This document shows, piece after piece, positions 49,393-54,688 of a DNA stretch of 54,688 nucleotides (position 1 is the first letter of the stretch; every line of letters starts with the position of its first letter). Where the stretch lies: IMG/VR virus record IMGVR_UViG_3300042485_001890, positions 1 through 54,688 of that record. One strand, 5' to 3'. The notes below the pieces were generated by a model that had not been told where the DNA came from, ran no database searches, and saw only the letters and a list, made by a program, of their open reading frames with translations. The position numbers were made by a program, and so were the translations under genes. Source of the stretch: a virus. Lineage: Duplodnaviria > Caudoviricetes.

Positions 49393-49980
49393 TTACATTG
49401 TGGGTCCGTTGCCACTCTTAAATCCAACGGTACCACCTTCTGCTTCAATACGTTTGATAACATCTTCAAACAAGATAGGAGCGAAATCCGGAGTTTGTTC
49501 TACACATACACAATGATAGCGAGTATCAATTACAGGAATTCCATACTTACCTGCAGGTTCCATCATTACACGATTGGCGTGTAAGTGACCGTGAATGTTA
49601 GTACCAAAGCGGCCTAATGACTCTGGGTGCAACGGAATATGACTTAAAATAAGTCCGTTCATCACGTGGTAGGCACGTAATTCTCTAAAGTGTTCGCGAT
49701 AGTCCTCGTCTCTAAAGATATCGTGGTTACCGCGTATTAACACTTTGTCACCGTTTAACCGATGTAAGATTTTCAAGGCCTTGCGGTTAATAACAACATC
49801 ACCTAAATGGTAGACTTTGTCAGTGGGTTTTACACGTTCGTTCCACGCCTTGACCATTGCTTCGTCCATTTCGTCGGCATCGGCCCACGGACGTAATTTT
49901 GTAACACCATCGTTACGTGTGAAGCGGCATACACCTGTGTGTCCAAAGTGCGTGTCGCTTACTAAGAATACACTTGGCAT
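49393..49980 (-). CDS. calcineurin-like metallophosphoesterase
   Basis: SDTHFGH, HLGDV, RGNHD, SHIP, IHGHLH. Confidence 0.9.
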   Translation of the reverse strand: MPSVFLVSDTHFGHTGVCRFTRNDGVTKLRPWADADEMDEAMVKAWNERVKPTDKVYHLGDVVINRKALKILHRLNGDKVLIRGNHDIFRDEDYREHFRELRAYHVMNGLILSHIPLHPESLGRFGTNIHGHLHANRVMMEPAGKYGIPVIDTRYHCVCVEQTPDFAPILFEDVIKRIEAEGGTVGFKSGNGPTM

Positions 49981-49993
49981 ATCTGCCTCCTTG

Positions 49994-50167
49994 TTAGTAA
50001 GTTTCTTTTACAATATCAAATTCTTCTGTAGGCCATTTGGCCTTGAACTCATCTGACTTAACATACTCATTATATGCTTTGGCATCAAAGAATACTTTGT
50101 TAAACTCAGTTTTAAATTCACCTTTTTTGGTTACCGTTAAGTAAACCGATTTTGCTTTACCTGCCAT
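49994..50167 (-). CDS. small hypothetical protein (57 aa, MAGKAKSVYLT...)
   Basis: open frame with AAAGG RBS filling the gap; below the ORF-track cutoff. Confidence 0.6.
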   Translation of the reverse strand: MAGKAKSVYLTVTKKGEFKTEFNKVFFDAKAYNEYVKSDEFKAKWPTEEFDIVKETY

Positions 50168-50177
50168 TTTGTGCCTT

Positions 50178-50486
50178 TCAAGCTGTTAACCAATCGTCGC
50201 TGTCTCTGTATTCTAGAGATTCGCTGCCGTCATACTCTGTTACTTTAAACTGAACTCCTACGGGAATCCACTCTACCTGTAATGTATCCATACCTCCAGA
50301 ATATATTTCTGGATACTTTAACTCTACATATACCTTGAGTTCATCCCAACGTTCTGTTTCTACATATTTTACTATAGTTGGGTCAAAAACAATTTCTGGA
50401 TATTCTGTGTTCCAAGTATACCATCCTGCCCCAAATCCTGGAGAATATACGATTCCTACTTTTCCATTTTCTATTAACTTGTTCAT
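50178..50486 (-). CDS. hypothetical phage protein
   Basis: YSPGFGAGWYTWN...EYDGSE; start MNKLIE. Confidence 0.7.
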   Translation of the reverse strand: MNKLIENGKVGIVYSPGFGAGWYTWNTEYPEIVFDPTIVKYVETERWDELKVYVELKYPEIYSGGMDTLQVEWIPVGVQFKVTEYDGSESLEYRDSDDWLTA

Positions 50487-50488
50487 GT

Positions 50489-50695
50489 TTAACATTCTAA
50501 ATCGATGTGACGGCCTTTGTCCAAATCTAAACGAAGGTTTCTACTTACACGTTCCGCAATGACCTGATCAAGTCTGCGTTCTTCAATCTTTTTAGCATAG
50601 TCTTGTTCTCGTTGTTTTTCCAAACGAGCTTGATCTAATCGGTACTGTTCTAGGTTATATTTTATAACACTTTGTTCTGCTCTTGAAATTTCCAT
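50489..50695 (-). CDS. hypothetical protein
   Basis: MEISRAEQ... 68 aa. Confidence 0.55.
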   Translation of the reverse strand: MEISRAEQSVIKYNLEQYRLDQARLEKQREQDYAKKIEERRLDQVIAERVSRNLRLDLDKGRHIDLEC

Positions 50696-50702
50696 GATAT
50701 TT

Positions 50703-50921
50703 TTATAACCTATAAGAAACACGACCTTTTGATAGATCGTAAGGGCTAACTTCTATCTTGACACGATCGCCTAGAATGATACGAATCTTATGTTGCTTGA
50801 GTTTGCCACTGGTGTAACACAGCATCAAGTTGGGCATATTGTCAATCTTAACTTTATACATACTGCCCGGCAGAACTTCTTCTACAACGCCTGTTAATTC
50901 GATTATATCTTCTTTGGCCAT
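50703..50921 (-). CDS. infA: translation initiation factor IF-1
   Basis: MAKEDIIELTG.V.EVLP...SGKL....IRIILGDRVKIEVSPYDLSKGRV.YR. Confidence 0.95.
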   Translation of the reverse strand: MAKEDIIELTGVVEEVLPGSMYKVKIDNMPNLMLCYTSGKLKQHKIRIILGDRVKIEVSPYDLSKGRVSYRL

Positions 50922-50928
50922 CTAGTTT

Positions 50929-51153
50929 TTATCTTTCCTTTTTAACGCGGCCAATTCGGCTCGCCTTGTTCCAATCGTATTTAACGCCATCTGGGCACTT
51001 TCCATCTTTGATACTGTCTACACCAAATAATCCCACGATTTCAAATTCGCCACCTTGAATGGTAACGAACACATTTAATTCTTTGGCAAATGCCAGGGCC
51101 AAATCCAAATTGGCAAACTCTGTTGAGCTTTGTTTTTCTATTACTTTGTACAT
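50929..51153 (-). CDS. hypothetical protein (74 aa)
   Basis: start MYKVIE 6 nt after TATAAT; the longer ORF-track version overlaps tRNAs. Confidence 0.65.
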   Translation of the reverse strand: MYKVIEKQSSTEFANLDLALAFAKELNVFVTIQGGEFEIVGLFGVDSIKDGKCPDGVKYDWNKASRIGRVKKER

Positions 51154-51159
51154 ACGACT

Positions 51160-51188
51160 ATTATACTGCCTTTCTTTCAATTTGTCAA
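51160..51188 (-). promoter_or_regulatory. sigma70-type promoter
   Basis: TTGACA-N17-TATAAT. Confidence 0.75.
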
Positions 51189-51189
51189 G

Positions 51190-51263
51190 TGGTGCTCTAG
51201 CCAAGAATTGAACTTGGAATTCAGTCTTACCAAGACTGTGTAATACCATTTTACTACAAGAGC
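51190..51263 (-). tRNA. tRNA-Thr(GGT)
   Basis: cloverleaf; anticodon arm CAGTC-TTGGTAA-GACTG; GTTCAA T-loop; CCA. Confidence 0.85.
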
Positions 51264-51264
51264 G

Positions 51265-51339
51265 TGGTCCGGCCAGCAGGAATCGAACCCACATTCGTGA
51301 GGTAGAAGCTCACTGTATTATCCATTATACTATGGCCAG
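51265..51339 (-). tRNA. tRNA-Arg(TCT)
   Basis: GTGAG-CTTCTAC-CTCAC; GGTTCGATTCC; CCA. Confidence 0.88.
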
Positions 51340-51340
51340 A

Positions 51341-51383
51341 TAAAGAAAAACCTCACCCTACAACTATGTTGTATTGGGTGAGG
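51341..51383 (-). terminator. long hairpin with U-tract
   Basis: CCTCACCC..TACAAC-ATA-GTTGTAGGGTGAGG-TTTTTCTTT on the minus strand. Confidence 0.55.
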
Positions 51384-51441
51384 CCGTGTTGTTGATGACA
51401 GACTACTTATCGCATTATACTCCGCCTGTCAGGGAGAGTTA

Positions 51442-51876
51442 TTATTTTACATCGTATTCGTAGTTTACTGTATTCAGATTCTCTCTGTAAACTCCAGCTC
51501 CATTTTTAGTATGAAACTTTTTAGCCATCTCAGTTTTTGGACTAAGTGTAACAAAACGAGTTATACTAGGAAATTGTTGTTGTATTTCTGCTACAGTTGC
51601 TCTCAGCAATTCTACACCAGCCCCCGGGGCATAACTCCAAATGGTATAGAAAATTGCCGCGGTTGGCACTTCCGTATCTTTGATCAAATCATTAACGTCT
51701 TCTGGAATGAAATCGTGTAAACTCACACACACCATAGCTCGAGGAATGTCATCAACTAGAGCACTTACAAACTTGTTCTTGCCTACCCTAAACTCTTTAG
51801 GCAACTCAGGGCGAACAGGATCATCCTTGATGTAGTCTAAGAGTGGGTCAGTGAGATTAGTGATAAAGGATAACAT
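51442..51876 (-). CDS. malonyl-CoA-decarboxylase-like GNAT-fold protein
   Basis: TAAIFYTIWS...GAG..L.......QFPSITRFVTLSP resembles the MCD C-terminal domain. Confidence 0.55.
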   Translation of the reverse strand: MLSFITNLTDPLLDYIKDDPVRPELPKEFRVGKNKFVSALVDDIPRAMVCVSLHDFIPEDVNDLIKDTEVPTAAIFYTIWSYAPGAGVELLRATVAEIQQQFPSITRFVTLSPKTEMAKKFHTKNGAGVYRENLNTVNYEYDVK

Positions 51877-51938
51877 TTTTTTCTTTCAGTTTATATGCGT
51901 ACTTATCTCTTTTATGTAAAAAGTGTGTTACAATTTTA

Positions 51939-52517
51939 TTACGGTAAATATTCCACGTCAACTGCTAGAATAAATCTATAATCATTACTTTGAACTACAC
52001 CCGGTCGGTGCCATTGATTGCTAGGATACAACAACCAACTGTAATCACTAGGACGAACAAAAAACTTACCATCACCGTCGGGTCCATTAGGAGCCATTTC
52101 AGTTCCGCAGTAATCACGGTCTTTTACATCCTCGGGAATATGCAGATAAAATATACCACTTAACATCTTGGCATTTGGATTAGTAGGATGCCAATGATCG
52201 TGCCAAAGTTTTTCACGATCTTCTGCACCTTCTAGATTGGTCATAAATGACCAAGCCATCATGTTATTAACTTTTACTTCTCGTCCAAGATACATAAAAA
52301 CACTGAACAAGAAACTCATACGGTACTTTAACCATACAGCTTCGGGTCTTGCAAATATGTTTTCTTGAGTTTGATACTTTGGACTATTCTTAAAATAATT
52401 GCCCTCGGCAACAATATTTCTAATAATGCCTATGGCTTCTTTATTATCCTGCTCAGTGATTATTGAGCTGAAATCAAATTTTTGAAACGTAGAGTTTCTG
52501 TCAATAACTGTGTGCAT
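51939..52517 (-). CDS. putative 2OG-Fe(II) oxygenase
   Basis: WHDH...LSGIFYL...GTE...YPSNQWHRP...RFILA. Confidence 0.7.
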   Translation of the reverse strand: MHTVIDRNSTFQKFDFSSIITEQDNKEAIGIIRNIVAEGNYFKNSPKYQTQENIFARPEAVWLKYRMSFLFSVFMYLGREVKVNNMMAWSFMTNLEGAEDREKLWHDHWHPTNPNAKMLSGIFYLHIPEDVKDRDYCGTEMAPNGPDGDGKFFVRPSDYSWLLYPSNQWHRPGVVQSNDYRFILAVDVEYLP

Positions 52518-52521
52518 AATT

Positions 52522-52595
52522 TGGAGCGGGGTAACAGAATCGAACTGTCAGCATTAGCTTGGAAGGCTAAGGTATTACCACTATACGAACCCCGC
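52522..52595 (-). tRNA. tRNA-Gly(TCC)
   Basis: TTAGC-CTTCCAA-GCTAA; U73; CCA. Confidence 0.9.
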
Positions 52596-52609
52596 ATTGT
52601 TATTTCTAT

Positions 52610-52795
52610 TTATTCGTCGTCTTCTGGAGGGTTGGCCAAAGGTGAAGTTGAAGGCTTTTTCTTAGACCACATTGAATACGATTCCCCCTCAACTCTACCA
52701 CTTTGATTTGGTTTAAGTTGTTGCACCTGACCACCCTTGGCAAGGAATTCTTCTAGTGCCGCTTCAGTTGCTGCTTGATTTTCTGCTTTTGTCAT
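52610..52795 (-). CDS. small hypothetical protein
   Basis: 61 aa with EEFLAKGGQVQ motif common in phage ORFs. Confidence 0.6.
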   Translation of the reverse strand: MTKAENQAATEAALEEFLAKGGQVQQLKPNQSGRVEGESYSMWSKKKPSTSPLANPPEDDE

Positions 52796-52814
52796 TGTTG
52801 CCTTTTATAAAAAT

Positions 52815-52891
52815 TGGTCGGAGTACAAGGATTCGAACCTTGGACCCCCTGGTCCCAAACCAGGTGCGCTACCAGACTGCGCCACACTCCG
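52815..52891 (-). tRNA. tRNA-Pro(TGG)
   Basis: CGGAGTG acceptor; CCTGG-TTTGGGA-CCAGG; CCA. Confidence 0.92.
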
Positions 52892-52893
52892 AA

Positions 52894-53043
52894 TTAACTG
52901 GGAATCATATGAGGAACATAGGGCACTGCTCTAGGACCATGTCGTTGTTGTAGAAGCTTCATTGCTTCTTGTGCTGTTTCTGCACCAACACGATCCTTAA
53001 ATTCTTTGCCGTTAACTCTAATTGTTGCTTCAAATAATTTCAT
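52894..53043 (-). CDS. small hypothetical protein (49 aa, MKLFEATIRVNGKEF...)
   Basis: open frame exactly filling the space between two tRNAs. Confidence 0.5.
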   Translation of the reverse strand: MKLFEATIRVNGKEFKDRVGAETAQEAMKLLQQRHGPRAVPYVPHMIPS

Positions 53044-53048
53044 AATAT

Positions 53049-53127
53049 TGGTTGCGGGGGGAGGATTCGCACCTCCGATCTCCAGCTTATGAGACTGGCG
53101 GGGACGACTAGACTCCCCTACCCCGCG
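53049..53127 (-). tRNA. tRNA-Met(CAT), initiator-like but divergent
   Basis: CGCGGGG 5' end with C1:A72 mismatch; CTCATAA loop; T-loop TGCGAAT; CCA. Confidence 0.8.
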
Positions 53128-53134
53128 GTAATTA

Positions 53135-53340
53135 GTGTCTAGCTACTCACACCACATGAGCCCTAGACTGAGCGGTTACTCTGTCCATAACATTTATTCT
53201 TCTGGAAAGGTGTTAAACCTCACCCTAGGCAGTTTCCAGTATCCCCCAACAGGGACTGTAAGGTCAGGTCCTAGTGTACCCCCTGGTCTATCGTTACAGG
53301 GACGCTATTTCGTTAACGTAGAAATAGTAAGACGGGGTCT
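53135..53340 (-). ncRNA. candidate structured ncRNA
   Basis: about 205 nt with many complementary segments and no credible ORF. Confidence 0.45.
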
Positions 53341-53341
53341 G

Positions 53342-53914
53342 TTAGATCAGGCCTTCCGATTGTAGTGTTGCCACTACTTCTTCACTGAGTGGAATCTCTG
53401 TTTTGATATTCAACTCAAGAACTTCATCGTTGATCTTCTGCTTCTGTTTTTTGAGATTTTTAATCTCTGCACCGATGGCATTTAGCTGTTCGTGACCAAT
53501 CACGTTGGTAGACACAGTGTCACTGAATCCGTAGATACGACTACGGCTAGTCTCACTCTTGTCGTTACGAATCTTGTCCAACTTTCCGTTGATCACCTCA
53601 AGATTAATCACAGGATCTACTACGAGATCTTCAAGTTGACCAATTCGTTTGTCCACAAAGGCAGCAGTGGCCAATTTTAAATCAATGCCGCTTTGTGCGT
53701 TGGCACTGCCCACAAGACCACGAATGTTATACAGGGCCAGCAATAGACGTTGTCTACGACTGTCGTTGTTAAACAGTGTATCGTTGGCATTCTTTAGTTC
53801 TTGGGCCACATCTTGAAATTCATTGAGATCAATCGATGTCGCAATTTTAATGCCCTTGATCGCATCATTGATGCTGTTTTGTAGGGCACTGGCTTTTCTA
53901 AGTGAAATATTCAT
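53342..53914 (-). CDS. coiled-coil hypothetical protein (possibly DIP1984-like)
   Basis: 190 aa; MNISLRKA..LQ start; LKKQKQKINDEVLELN..TEI end. Confidence 0.7.
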   Translation of the reverse strand: MNISLRKASALQNSINDAIKGIKIATSIDLNEFQDVAQELKNANDTLFNNDSRRQRLLLALYNIRGLVGSANAQSGIDLKLATAAFVDKRIGQLEDLVVDPVINLEVINGKLDKIRNDKSETSRSRIYGFSDTVSTNVIGHEQLNAIGAEIKNLKKQKQKINDEVLELNIKTEIPLSEEVVATLQSEGLI

Positions 53915-54143
53915 CTCTTTGTCCTTTACGTTTTTTTGGAATCTTGTTTAAATAATCTTTAAAGGTATACTTGCCTTCTTCGATTTCTCGAAGTGCTGTA
54001 GAAATAAATGTTTTTCCTGCTTCGGCTACTCGTGGCGCTGACCCGTTTTTTAACTCTCGGGCTCGTTGGCTAGCCACCAATACCAGATCGAATCTATTTC
54101 CGATTTGTTCTACTGCTAGTTCTGATGTTAATCTCTGTGTCAT
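53898..54143 (-). CDS. rpoZ: RNA polymerase omega subunit
   Basis: T.E.AVEQIGNRFDLVLVASQRAREL...TALREIEEG. Confidence 0.88.
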   Translation of the reverse strand: MTQRLTSELAVEQIGNRFDLVLVASQRARELKNGSAPRVAEAGKTFISTALREIEEGKYTFKDYLNKIPKKRKGQRDEYFT

Positions 54144-54159
54144 ATTTTTCCTAGGTTAA

Positions 54160-54422
54160 ATGACGGGTCCATGAAAGGTCAAGTAAAAGACTGGACAATA
54201 TACAATGAAGAGTTGTAATCTTCGTTGACAATGATCAATATGCAATCCACAGAGGTCACTATATTTCCGGTAATCAATAAACAAATATCTTTTGGGGCCG
54301 GAACACCGTGACACGAATACTTTTTCAGAGTATTTGGAGTTAAGTTCCATTTGGCATGAAGCCAAACAGTGGTGTCTTCTCTCATCTACCTTTCACTTCG
54401 CCGATTGTCTATTGCTAGACAA
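54160..54422 (-). ncRNA. candidate structured leader/ncRNA
   Basis: long-range stem GUGAAAGGU/ACCUUUCAU, GNRA hairpin, several internal hairpins, periodic AUUG repeats. Confidence 0.5.
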
Positions 54423-54429
54423 CAAAACT

Positions 54430-54458
54430 ATTATAGCACTATACAAGATGTTTGTCAA
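54430..54458 (-). promoter_or_regulatory. consensus sigma70 promoter
   Basis: TTGACA-N17-TATAAT with TGn extended -10. Confidence 0.8.
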
Positions 54459-54474
54459 CATCTTTTGACTATCT

Positions 54475-54548
54475 TGGTGCCCCATGACAGAATCGAACTG
54501 CCATCACCTGATTACAAAACAGGTGTTCTACCATTAAACTAATAGGGC
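54475..54548 (-). tRNA. tRNA-Thr(TGT)
   Basis: CCTGT-TTTGTAA-TCAGG; GTTCGATT; CCA. Confidence 0.88.
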
Positions 54549-54562
54549 CTAATATTATATTT

Positions 54563-54638
54563 TGGTGGAGGATAACGGATTCGAACCGTTTGCTCCTGGT
54601 TGCAAACCAGGTGTGTTAGCCAAGTATACCAATCCCCC
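54563..54638 (-). tRNA. tRNA-Ala(TGC)
   Basis: GGGGGAT acceptor with G3:U70; CCTGG-TTTGCAA-CCAGG; CCA. Confidence 0.9.
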
Positions 54639-54644
54639 ACATTA

Positions 54645-54688
54645 TCACTTACCTTCGTTGAGTTTATACTCTTCGAGTTTTTCTTTAA
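54645..54688 (-). CDS. 3' end of upstream gene (partial, ...KEKLEEYKLNEGK*)
   Basis: open frame from the window edge ending in TGA TAA. Confidence 0.4.
   Translation of the reverse strand, partial: KEKLEEYKLNEGK

Noticed and set aside
50929-51294. 121-aa ORF-track version, plus ORFs 52482-52706 and 52756-52953
   Set aside because: They overlap clear tRNA genes; for 50929 the true start is more plausibly 51153
1-54688. Stop-codon reassignment as in some large phages
   Set aside because: Recognisable genes are full length under code 11, and TAA, TAG and TGA all occur as real stops

Overview
Segment of a large tailed (T4-like/jumbo-type) bacteriophage genome, mostly on the minus strand, read with standard code 11. 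A proteobacterial host is inferred from IscU/IscA/RpoZ/IF-1 similarity. Layout: (1) 1-20.8 kb, virion baseplate/tail-fibre genes built from shuffled repeat modules, one ending in a Hedgehog-type Hint domain and one in a peptidase-G2-like chaperone domain; (2) 20.9-27 kb, auxiliary metabolic genes (iscA, iscU, Fe/Mn SOD, uvsE, glycosyltransferase, kdsA, queD); (3) 27-34 kb, a paralogous structural pair, hypotheticals, thyX, an Hc1-like gene and an atypical 111-nt tRNA-like RNA; (4) 34.4-49.3 kb, an Mtd-N tail-fibre gene followed by an AT-rich enzyme island under late-type promoters: six membrane desaturases, a Rieske oxygenase, ATP-grasp ligase, PLP enzyme, sulfotransferase-like, PP-loop ATPase, four cupin/2OG-type and two GNAT-like proteins; (5) 49.4-54.7 kb, phosphoesterase, infA, rpoZ, seven tRNAs and two long structured intergenic RNA candidates. 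Many genes start 4-6 nt after a TAAATA or sigma70 -10 box and look leaderless. The best candidate for an undescribed system is a late-expressed phage biosynthetic cluster that may decorate the virion, possibly linked to the Hint-bearing fibre and the odd tRNA. Those links are inference. All calls are by eye from motifs; no database searches were run.
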